From NCBI GenBank assembly GCA_015069415.1, contig SVIQ01000002.1:84225-148224 (forward strand): DNA of 64,000 nucleotides, given 5' to 3'. Below the pieces are notes generated by a model that did no database searches, was not told where the DNA came from, and saw nothing but the letters and a program-made list of their open reading frames with translations. Each line of letters begins with the position of its first letter. Position 1 is the stretch's first letter. This stretch comes from Clostridiales bacterium. GTDB lineage: Bacteria; Bacillota; Clostridia; Christensenellales; UBA1242. The translations under genes and the position numbers were made by a program. Shown piece after piece: positions 27,006 to 34,916 of this stretch.

Positions 27006-29335
27006 TGACAAAAGCAAAAACTAGATTTTTAACTTTAATCGTATGCGCCCTGCTTGGCGTAGTTTTTGCGTTTACAGTAGGTCATTCTTTGGCTGTTTTG
27101 GGTTCTACAATTAATGTAACGAGTAATCCAAAGCAAATTCATCAGATTGCAAATCAAAATCATTCAATGATTAATGACACAATCGAAGCTCCAATCCCGT
27201 TTGGAGAGGGAACAAGATTGACGGAAATAGCATTAAGATATTCTTACGGATATGACATTGATGTGAGATTTGAATATTCTTTAAGTTGGACAGATGGATT
27301 AGATACTAGTAATGTAATATTAAATTTTGCTGACAGAGATTCGTTCATAGTTGATGACCAATTTATTTACTTTAAAGATGGGATTTCAGCTGGAAATGGA
27401 ATTTTAAGAATTATAAATGGTGTTTCATTCGTTGATCCTGAAGATGAAACATACTTTGGAAAAAGTTTAACAATTACTATTACTCCAAAAGTTGTAAAGA
27501 AAAGTGACACAAGTCATGCAAAGTTGGAAGAAGAAAATTCTTTAGCTTGTGACATGTGGACAAATTTAAGAACTGACGCAATAACATCTAATTTCATACT
27601 TTACAATTACTTAGATTCATCTACTTCTCATGGTGTGACTCATCCAGAAAATGAAACTGCTTACAGTAAAAATACAAAATTATTCGGAAATAAATATTAT
27701 GCTGGTTGTGGAATGTATGTGGCTACTTCATCAGCATTAAAATTAAGAGTAAGCGTGGTTGCTACGTGGTATTACAAAGGTAGCGAAGAATCGCCTACAC
27801 TACCACCTGATAACAATATCTTGTTGAATTACTCAGATAATTGGACAAAGTCGGGAGCGAATGGCTCGGTTGATGTTGTAGATTTTGATTACACTCTTCC
27901 AGCTAATTTCTCTGGTTATATTAACATTTTGGATAGTGTTGAAATTACAAGTGTTCTGTATTCTAGCGGAGGTGCAATAGATTACTCTGATCACGTTTTA
28001 CAAGTAAAAGAAATTTTCATTAATGGTACAAGTTTTACTGGAGAATTAACTGACGGAGAAATTACAGATACTGCTCCTTTTGAAACTGCATTAGAGGATT
28101 ACGAAAAATCCGATTACACAGTTCACAACAATACTGTTTACAATAATGCTTTATTCTTTATGCCTAATTCACTAGCTGAGGAAGAAGAGACACAGTATTA
28201 TGCTTGTGATGTGACAATAACAAACAACACTAACGAAACAAAAGAATATTCAGTGTCTTGGGCGGTTAACTGTTATATTTCAAACGGATCTACTGCTGAA
28301 CCTGTTGAAAATTCAACATTAACAAGTGCGACTTGGCACAGAGAAGTAATAAAAAACATTCAAAATTTCATTTCTGTAAGTGAAATTTCGGAATCGTTTG
28401 TTGTTAATGCAAAATCAAGTGCAAGGCTTTTGAATTATTATCAAATTTTGAGTGGAATTAGAGATTATTTTGTTAATAATGCAAATTTGGGAATTGTTGA
28501 ATTTACTCATGATATTTGGATTGAAGTTGTTCCAACTATTTCAGAAGTAGAAATAACAAATGAATCAAATTACAAACTTTCTTTTGAAACTACTTTAGAC
28601 AGACAAGAAGGTGTTGTAGAAATTTTCTTGAAAAACAACACAGATAAAACTTTGAAAGTGGAAAATATTGAAACTACAGGTTCTCTACAAAATCCACAAA
28701 ATAAAACATGTTATGTAAAAATAGATACTTATACATACGCAGACAGTATTGAAAACTGGGGAAATACTTACTGGCAATATTACAAAAAAGATGGAGATAA
28801 ATTTGTACAATGTACTTCCGTTGATGACAATGTGTCACGTTATAAAAAGGGAAGTGATTTCCGTTCATTGTCATGGGGAACTGACTTAAACAATATAGTT
28901 GGAACGTCTGTAATGAGTGGCGAAAAGGTTAAGTTTAAAACTGTTCAACTTTCTTCTTTTGAGACTGATGATACAACTGTATACTCTGCAACACTTGTTA
29001 ATGCGTATACTGTTGCGAGTGTTCAGGATGGTGATGTTAAGATTTTAAAAGATGCAACTAACAATGCGTTGATTAATAATTCTGAAAATGCTGTGTTGGT
29101 TAGAATGACGGCGACGGGAACAATTGAAGAAAGTTATTTTGAAACTTACGGAACGCATGTTTACTATATCGGCGCATTAATGCCAGGACAAATTATTAAT
29201 TTCGCTGAAGATGTAGTAGTATCTTCATTTGAAATCACTGAACTAGAAAAAATCGAAGGATTATTCGTATTTGATTCTTCATTGATTACGTGGGATGATG
29301 ATTTTAAAACCAGAATGGAAGATTATTTTAGCTAA
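27005..29335 (+). CDS. secreted multi-module TasA/BsaA-like protein with SipW-class signal (776 aa)
   Basis: Signal ending TVGHSLA|VLG; repeated modules with [VL]R...W...YF/YY...PG patterns; GTG start overlaps sipW stop. Confidence 0.7.
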   Translation: MTKAKTRFLTLIVCALLGVVFAFTVGHSLAVLGSTINVTSNPKQIHQIANQNHSMINDTIEAPIPFGEGTRLTEIALRYSYGYDIDVRFEYSLSWTDGLDTSNVILNFADRDSFIVDDQFIYFKDGISAGNGILRIINGVSFVDPEDETYFGKSLTITITPKVVKKSDTSHAKLEEENSLACDMWTNLRTDAITSNFILYNYLDSSTSHGVTHPENETAYSKNTKLFGNKYYAGCGMYVATSSALKLRVSVVATWYYKGSEESPTLPPDNNILLNYSDNWTKSGANGSVDVVDFDYTLPANFSGYINILDSVEITSVLYSSGGAIDYSDHVLQVKEIFINGTSFTGELTDGEITDTAPFETALEDYEKSDYTVHNNTVYNNALFFMPNSLAEEEETQYYACDVTITNNTNETKEYSVSWAVNCYISNGSTAEPVENSTLTSATWHREVIKNIQNFISVSEISESFVVNAKSSARLLNYYQILSGIRDYFVNNANLGIVEFTHDIWIEVVPTISEVEITNESNYKLSFETTLDRQEGVVEIFLKNNTDKTLKVENIETTGSLQNPQNKTCYVKIDTYTYADSIENWGNTYWQYYKKDGDKFVQCTSVDDNVSRYKKGSDFRSLSWGTDLNNIVGTSVMSGEKVKFKTVQLSSFETDDTTVYSATLVNAYTVASVQDGDVKILKDATNNALINNSENAVLVRMTATGTIEESYFETYGTHVYYIGALMPGQIINFAEDVVVSSFEITELEKIEGLFVFDSSLITWDDDFKTRMEDYFS

Positions 29336-29345
29336 AAGGGGATAA

Positions 29346-30389
29346 ATGAAAAGAAAAAATAGGTTTGGCAAAATACATTTATTAAGCATTGTTTTAATGC
29401 TGTTGGTTTTTGCCGGAATTCAATTAACCTATTCTTACTTTTCATGTGTAACAAACGTTAGTGAAGATTATGGAAGAATGTCTGATCTTGGTTTAGTATG
29501 GTTTGCAGGTTACAGTGAAGATAGTAATGAGTACTTATATACAGAAGGAAATACTATTGAAGTAACAACAAACTCAACCATTAACCGCGGAGAAGAAATA
29601 GATTTATTGTATAATGATAAAGAAGTGTCATTTGGAATAACTCAATATTCTCCTGAAAGACAATTGATAAATTTATATAATCAAACTGTTCAAGGTTTGA
29701 AAGATGTGAAAACAGAATTGGGTAACGCTCAAGATGAGTTGACTGACCTTGAAAATGACTTGAGTGAAGCAACTGATGAAACAGTTATTAAAACTTTAAC
29801 GAAAGATATTGAAACTAAAAAATCTACTATTAAAAATTTAGAGAAAACTATAATATCAGAAAGGGCTAAATTGCTTAGATTGGCTGGTATTTGCAAGATT
29901 TCACTTGCTGAAGATTTTGAAATCGAAACATTGACAACTGTAAACTATGAAGATTTAAATTTGGGAGATGTTAATTCAAATGGAGAATTTGATTCATGTT
30001 CTTATTACTTAAGAATATGGGTAGATGCTTATTTGATTCAAGATGAAACTGTTCTTAACGACGAAGATGCTGGAGATATTAACTATGGACAATATTTTCA
30101 GTTGGTTATTGATGAAAATGAGTTTGACAAAGAGTTGAAACAAGCGGTAAGTGATAAAACTGGAACGAATTACACTTGGTCAAACTATGTATATTTTTCA
30201 ACAGTTAAGTATGATAACGATTCAGAGAAAGAGTTGTTTTCAAAACTAAAAGTTGCACAAGATTTACCATATGAATGTTTTAATTCGGATGTTCAAATAA
30301 TTGTAAATTTTGATGCTGTTCAATCAGAAAATGGAGCATTTAGCTTGGCATACAAAGATTGGAAAGGATACAGTTCAAACTGGTCTTAA
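29346..30389 (+). CDS. SipW-class signal peptide protein (TasA-like) with coiled-coil insertion
   Basis: Signal ending QLTYS|YFS; YYLR; C-terminal FDAVQSEN motif. Confidence 0.78.
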   Translation: MKRKNRFGKIHLLSIVLMLLVFAGIQLTYSYFSCVTNVSEDYGRMSDLGLVWFAGYSEDSNEYLYTEGNTIEVTTNSTINRGEEIDLLYNDKEVSFGITQYSPERQLINLYNQTVQGLKDVKTELGNAQDELTDLENDLSEATDETVIKTLTKDIETKKSTIKNLEKTIISERAKLLRLAGICKISLAEDFEIETLTTVNYEDLNLGDVNSNGEFDSCSYYLRIWVDAYLIQDETVLNDEDAGDINYGQYFQLVIDENEFDKELKQAVSDKTGTNYTWSNYVYFSTVKYDNDSEKELFSKLKVAQDLPYECFNSDVQIIVNFDAVQSENGAFSLAYKDWKGYSSNWS

Positions 30390-30404
30390 TAATGGAGAAA
30401 GGTT

Positions 30405-31007
30405 ATGGCAAAAAATATTGGTAACAAATCAATATTAGTCACTTCAGCAATATGTTTATTGCTGTTGCTTTTGGTGCCGTTTATAACTGTAACGAATTCT
30501 TGGTTTACGTTTACTGGGGACAGACTTCAATTGTCTACTGTTAAAATTGGAGCGTTTAATATTAAGGTTTATGTAGATAATTACGACGTTTCAAACGGTG
30601 GAGATTTTGATCTGGAGTCATCGTTAATAGTGATTCCAGATGAGGAGATTCCTTTAGAATTAAAAGTAAATAATAAAGATGTATCAGATGTTGCTAATGG
30701 CGGAGAAAATACAATTTATTATCGTTTTAAATTCGAAATGTTAGACAATTTGACAAACACTTCAATACCTGTAACGATTTCGGGAAATGAAAATGTCGTC
30801 AAGAATGATTTAGATGGTTACTATTATTATCAGAATGCTGGAGTAAATGTTGGACTTCCTTACAATCAAGACGTTATATTATTTGATCATTTTAAATTAG
30901 ATTATGCTGACGCATTTGATGGGGATACTCCAAAATATAATGGAACAAACGTGAAATTTAAATTAGTGTTACAAACAAGTACAGATATTAATTTTATTAA
31001 TGAATAA
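30405..31007 (+). CDS. SipW-class signal peptide protein (TasA/BsaA-like)
   Basis: Signal ending TVTNS|WFT...KIGAFNI; IPDE, IYYRF, DGYYYY, final beta strand. Confidence 0.8.
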   Translation: MAKNIGNKSILVTSAICLLLLLLVPFITVTNSWFTFTGDRLQLSTVKIGAFNIKVYVDNYDVSNGGDFDLESSLIVIPDEEIPLELKVNNKDVSDVANGGENTIYYRFKFEMLDNLTNTSIPVTISGNENVVKNDLDGYYYYQNAGVNVGLPYNQDVILFDHFKLDYADAFDGDTPKYNGTNVKFKLVLQTSTDINFINE

Positions 31008-31022
31008 CAAAGGAGGGTTATT

Positions 31023-31775
31023 GTGAGAAAGAGATACAATTCGGCTACGACCGATGATGTGTACATAAAAGCAACAAAAGCAACTTCGCCTCAAAGTAAA
31101 GCTCGCAAGAGCCCGAAAATTGAGGTTATTTCTAGAAGAAAGAAAACAGATTTATCAAAAACAGCTGATTCTAAGACTAAGCAAAGCAAAACTGCTAAAA
31201 CAAAAGAATTAAAAGAACTAGAACGTTTAAATGAGGAAAATATTGCAAAATATTCTGCTCGTTCAAAAAGAAATAGTGTAATTATTGGTATTTTACTAAT
31301 TCTAATAGGACTGTGTATTGCTTATAATATTGTTTACTTTACAGTTATTTTAAAGAAAAGCAATTGTTTTATAGAGACGGTGCCTTCAACAAAAGAAAAT
31401 GTCACATTTTACATTGGTGGTAAAAAACTAGATGCGTGGAGAACGCCTGCGAGCTTTAAGAGTGGAACGATTTATACGTTTAATGCAGATATAAAAATCA
31501 ATGCTGATGGTGAATACATAGTAAAATATAATGTAGATTTGTATTCAGGTAAAACTAAAATAAAAGATTTCTATGTGCATGAGCCAAACATTGATGTTTT
31601 CAGTTTAAATAAAAACCTTACTTCGACGAAACAATATGTTTCAAGAACCGCTGTAAACGGTGGCGAAGTTTTAAGAATGTGTAACGGAATTAGAATCGAC
31701 AGAGATTTTAGTAAAAAGCTGAGTCCTAACACATTTAAAATGAAAATAACAATTGAGCTTGAAAAGGTTAATTAA
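31023..31775 (+). CDS. type II membrane protein, last gene of the sipW operon
   Basis: Lys/Arg-rich N-terminal ~85 aa, one TM (VIIGILLILIGLCIAYNIVYFTVIL), beta-rich external domain; SD AAGGAGG. Confidence 0.78.
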   Translation: MRKRYNSATTDDVYIKATKATSPQSKARKSPKIEVISRRKKTDLSKTADSKTKQSKTAKTKELKELERLNEENIAKYSARSKRNSVIIGILLILIGLCIAYNIVYFTVILKKSNCFIETVPSTKENVTFYIGGKKLDAWRTPASFKSGTIYTFNADIKINADGEYIVKYNVDLYSGKTKIKDFYVHEPNIDVFSLNKNLTSTKQYVSRTAVNGGEVLRMCNGIRIDRDFSKKLSPNTFKMKITIELEKVN

Positions 31776-31777
31776 TT

Positions 31778-31804
31778 ATATGGGGATTTGTTCCTCATAT
31801 TTTT
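31778..31804 (+). terminator. terminator ending the giant-sipW operon
   Basis: ATATGGGGA-TTTGT-TCCTCATAT then T-tract. Confidence 0.65.
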
Positions 31805-31849
31805 ATTGATTTTTTTAGTCTGTTGTGTTAAAATATTTACGGAGGATAA

Positions 31850-32557
31850 ATGATAGAGTTAAAAAATGTATCATATATTGTAGAAGATCATGGCGAAAAG
31901 AAAGCCATTTTAGATAATATTTCATGTGTTTTTGATGATGCTTGTTTGACTGCTGTTACTGGTGAAAATGGTAGCGGTAAGTCTACTCTCATGAAAATTG
32001 TAGTTGGAATTTTAAAACCAACAGAAGGGAAAGTTTTCATGGATGGTAAAGATATTACAAATTTAACCATTGACGAGAGAGCAAGAAAGGGAATTAACTA
32101 CGCATTTCAGCAACCCGTTTTGTTTAACGGTCTTACAGTTAAAGATTTAATTGATCTTGCAACTAAAAAAGAAAATTCTGTAGGAGTTGCATGCAATTAT
32201 CTTTCTAAGGTTGGAATTTGTGCAAAAGTTTACATTAACAGACCGTTTGATAAAACTTTGTCTGGTGGAGAACAAAAAAGAATAGAAATTGCTCTTGCTC
32301 TTGCTAAAAAAGGTAAAGTATACATTTTTGATGAGCCAGAAGCTGGAATTGATTTGTGGAGTTTTGAAAAATTAAATAACATTTTTGACAAAGAAAAATG
32401 CAATATTGTGGTAAGTCATCAAGAAAAATTGTTGAAAACGGCTGATAAAATTTTAGTTTTAAATCATGGCAAGATTGAAAAGTTTGGCTCTGCTAAGCAA
32501 GTTTTAAAGAATCTTGGGAAAAAGTGTTCAATGATGGAGGGTGGCGATGTTAGATAA
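31850..32557 (+). CDS. sufC: SufC-like ABC ATPase (minimal Suf/Sms type)
   Basis: GENGSGKS, ERARKGI.YAFQQP, LSGGEQKRIEIA, FDEPEAGIDLWSF. Confidence 0.85.
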   Translation: MIELKNVSYIVEDHGEKKAILDNISCVFDDACLTAVTGENGSGKSTLMKIVVGILKPTEGKVFMDGKDITNLTIDERARKGINYAFQQPVLFNGLTVKDLIDLATKKENSVGVACNYLSKVGICAKVYINRPFDKTLSGGEQKRIEIALALAKKGKVYIFDEPEAGIDLWSFEKLNNIFDKEKCNIVVSHQEKLLKTADKILVLNHGKIEKFGSAKQVLKNLGKKCSMMEGGDVR

Positions 32558-33455
32558 AATTTCTAAAAATTTGATTGAAAAAGTTGCTGGTCTTCATGAA
32601 TTACCAAATGGTGCTCTTTCATTTCGAAAAAATGGTAAGGGGGAATTGATTAGATCAACTCCGAGCATTGTAATAGAAAAGAAAGAAGATTTATCTGGTA
32701 TTAACATTTTTGTAAAATCAACTTGCCAAAATGAAGCATGTCATATTCCGGTGGTTGTGAGTGAAAGTGGATTATTTGATGTTGTTTATAACGATTTCTA
32801 CATTGAAGAAAATGCTCACGTGGTGATCGTTGCTGGTTGTGGTGTTCATTCGGATACTGAGTCGGGACATAATGGTATTCATACATTGCATGTTGGGAAA
32901 AATGCACACGTAGAGTACATTGAAAATCATTTAGCAACGGGTAAGGGTAAAAAACAAATTAATCCTGTGACAAATATAATTTTAGAAGAAGGTTCTCATG
33001 TTGTGATGAAAACAACACAGCTGGGTGGAGTGAGTTTTTCAAACCGAATCACTAATGCAAAATTGAAAAAATCTTCAATTCTTGAAGTTGAAGAAAAAAT
33101 ATTAACAGATAGATTTGATGTTGCAAAGACAAATTTTAAAGTAGATTTGATTGGAGAAAACTCTAAATGTAAAGTTGTTTCTAAAAGTGTTGCAAGGGAT
33201 GAGAGCGAACAGATTTTTAAATCCAATATTGTTGGTAAAAATATGTGTTTTGGTCATGTTGAGTGTGATGGAATTCTACTTGACAGAGCGAGTATTGAAT
33301 CTTGTCCAAAAGTAAGTGCAAAACATAATCTTGCAAGTTTATCTCATGAGGCTGCAATTGGAAAAATTGCAAATGATCAAATTGTAAAATTAATGACTCT
33401 TGGGCTTACAGAGAAAGAGGCGGAAGAAAAAATTATTGAAGGATTTTTAAAATAA
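32547..33455 (+). CDS. sufB: SufB/SufD-family Fe-S scaffold protein
   Basis: GHVECD, HEAAIGKIA, LMTLGLTEKEAE; ATG 32547 fits SD GGAGG. Confidence 0.85.
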   Translation: MLDKISKNLIEKVAGLHELPNGALSFRKNGKGELIRSTPSIVIEKKEDLSGINIFVKSTCQNEACHIPVVVSESGLFDVVYNDFYIEENAHVVIVAGCGVHSDTESGHNGIHTLHVGKNAHVEYIENHLATGKGKKQINPVTNIILEEGSHVVMKTTQLGGVSFSNRITNAKLKKSSILEVEEKILTDRFDVAKTNFKVDLIGENSKCKVVSKSVARDESEQIFKSNIVGKNMCFGHVECDGILLDRASIESCPKVSAKHNLASLSHEAAIGKIANDQIVKLMTLGLTEKEAEEKIIEGFLK

Positions 33456-33469
33456 TTAAATAAAATAAT

Positions 33470-33499
33470 AAAAAATATCGCAAAAATGCGATATTTTTT
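33470..33499. terminator. bidirectional terminator between sufB and spoIIID
   Basis: AAAAAATATCGC-AAAAAT-GCGATATTTTTT. Confidence 0.8.
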
Positions 33500-33541
33500 G
33501 TGTTTTTAATAAAAAAAATAATAAATTTTTAATATTTTTTG

Positions 33542-33844
33542 TTAAAGTGAATTATTTGTGTCTACATATTCATTAGTAGAAATTTCATAATTTTTTAAAT
33601 TTAAATATTTAATTCTTGTGGCTTCGCCTCCGTGAATATGTTTAATTTTAAAATTTTCTTCAAGTAAATTTCTTACTTCTAAGAAAAGAGAATAATTTAA
33701 ATATTTTAATTTTTTAGCTAGCAATGAGTGAACAGTGCTTTTAGGAATATTAAATTCTTTTGCTGTTGCTCTAATTGTTGTTTTGTTTTTCAAAATATAA
33801 TTTGCAAGTTCTATAGTGATATTGTCTAAGTTGAAATAATTCAT
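33542..33844 (-). CDS. spoIIID: sporulation transcription regulator SpoIIID
   Basis: ANYILKNKTTIRATAKEFNIPKSTVH...HIHGGEATRIKY. Confidence 0.92.
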   Translation of the reverse strand: MNYFNLDNITIELANYILKNKTTIRATAKEFNIPKSTVHSLLAKKLKYLNYSLFLEVRNLLEENFKIKHIHGGEATRIKYLNLKNYEISTNEYVDTNNSL

Positions 33845-33861
33845 AATCTCTCCTTAGCAAT

Positions 33862-33890
33862 ATCTTATTTTTGCATGTTTTAAAATATGA
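33862..33890 (-). promoter_or_regulatory. sigmaE-type promoter of spoIIID
   Basis: TCATATT-14 nt-AATAAGAT on minus strand; spoIIID is sigmaE-controlled in B. subtilis. Confidence 0.65.
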
Positions 33891-33904
33891 CAAATTTAGA
33901 CATG

Positions 33905-34636
33905 TTATTTTTTGTTTTTGAAATTTTCGACAAGGTTTAAAAGATTGTAACTTTCAGGCGATAATATTGCGTGTTCAATTCTTTTTTTAGAATCTGGAAT
34001 TTCTTTTTCGAGTCTTGCTACTAATTCCTTAATTTCTTTTCGTTTGCTGTCTTGGTCTGCCGGACACTTGCTTTTTAATATTGGCATGTTTTTACTTGCA
34101 TTAATAATTTTGTGTTCGTGAGTTAAATATAATGGCCTAATTAATGTAATATCTGCTTTAGACATATAAGAAATTGGTAACATTGTACTTAGTCTTCCTT
34201 CGTAAAACAATGACATAAAGAAGGTTGTAATCACGTCTTGCATGTGATGAGCAAGTGCTAGTTTGTTGCAATTTAATTTTTGACAAACTGAATTTAATGC
34301 ACCTCTTCTCATTTTTGCGCATAATGAACAAGGATTTTTTTCTTTTCTTAAATCAAAAACAACATTGAAAATATCTGTTTTTTCAATATATAATTCTACA
34401 TCTAATTCTTTACAAAAATTTTTAAGTCCTTCGTAATTTTCGTTTCCTGAATAAATATCAATATTTACAGCAACTATTTCAAACTTGTAAAGATTAAATT
34501 TTTGAAAATCTTTAAGTGCTTTTAGTAGGACAAGACTGTCTTTTCCTCCAGAAACTCCGACGGCTATCCTGTCTCCGTCTTGAATTAAATTATATTTTTC
34601 AATGGCTTTTCTCATTGTGCTTAAAACTTTTTGCAT
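33905..34636 (-). CDS. ttcA: tRNA 2-thiocytidine biosynthesis TtcA-family protein
   Basis: PP-loop SGGKDS, PCSLCAKMRRGAL, LAHH, LIRPL. Confidence 0.88.
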   Translation of the reverse strand: MQKVLSTMRKAIEKYNLIQDGDRIAVGVSGGKDSLVLLKALKDFQKFNLYKFEIVAVNIDIYSGNENYEGLKNFCKELDVELYIEKTDIFNVVFDLRKEKNPCSLCAKMRRGALNSVCQKLNCNKLALAHHMQDVITTFFMSLFYEGRLSTMLPISYMSKADITLIRPLYLTHEHKIINASKNMPILKSKCPADQDSKRKEIKELVARLEKEIPDSKKRIEHAILSPESYNLLNLVENFKNKK

Positions 34637-34837
34637 AATAAATTCTCCATAAAATTTTTTTATTAATTAAAATTATAGCGAAAATAATTAATTTTTCAAT
34701 ATATTTTTACAATATTTTTAAAATTTTTTTAAAATTAATTTATTTTTTTGTTTAAAAAGAATGAAAATTAAAATATTTAATTAAAAATTTTTCAAACATT
34801 TAATGTAAATAATATTTATTATTTATCGGCTTTTTAT

Positions 34838-34867
34838 TTGACAAATTTCGCGCGTTTTTGTTATAAT
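34838..34867 (+). promoter_or_regulatory. near-consensus sigmaA promoter of the 6450-aa gene
   Basis: TTGACA-18 nt-TATAAT with extended TG; SD GAGGGG. Confidence 0.75.
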
Positions 34868-34916
34868 TTATTTATAAATAAATATTGAAAAATTACGCAA
34901 AGTAAAGAGAGGGGTT

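Noticed and set aside
34890-34916. ACGCAAAG suggesting a c-di-GMP-I riboswitch before the giant gene
   Set aside because: The leader is only about 45 nt and lacks the P1/P2 stems and GNRA tetraloop.
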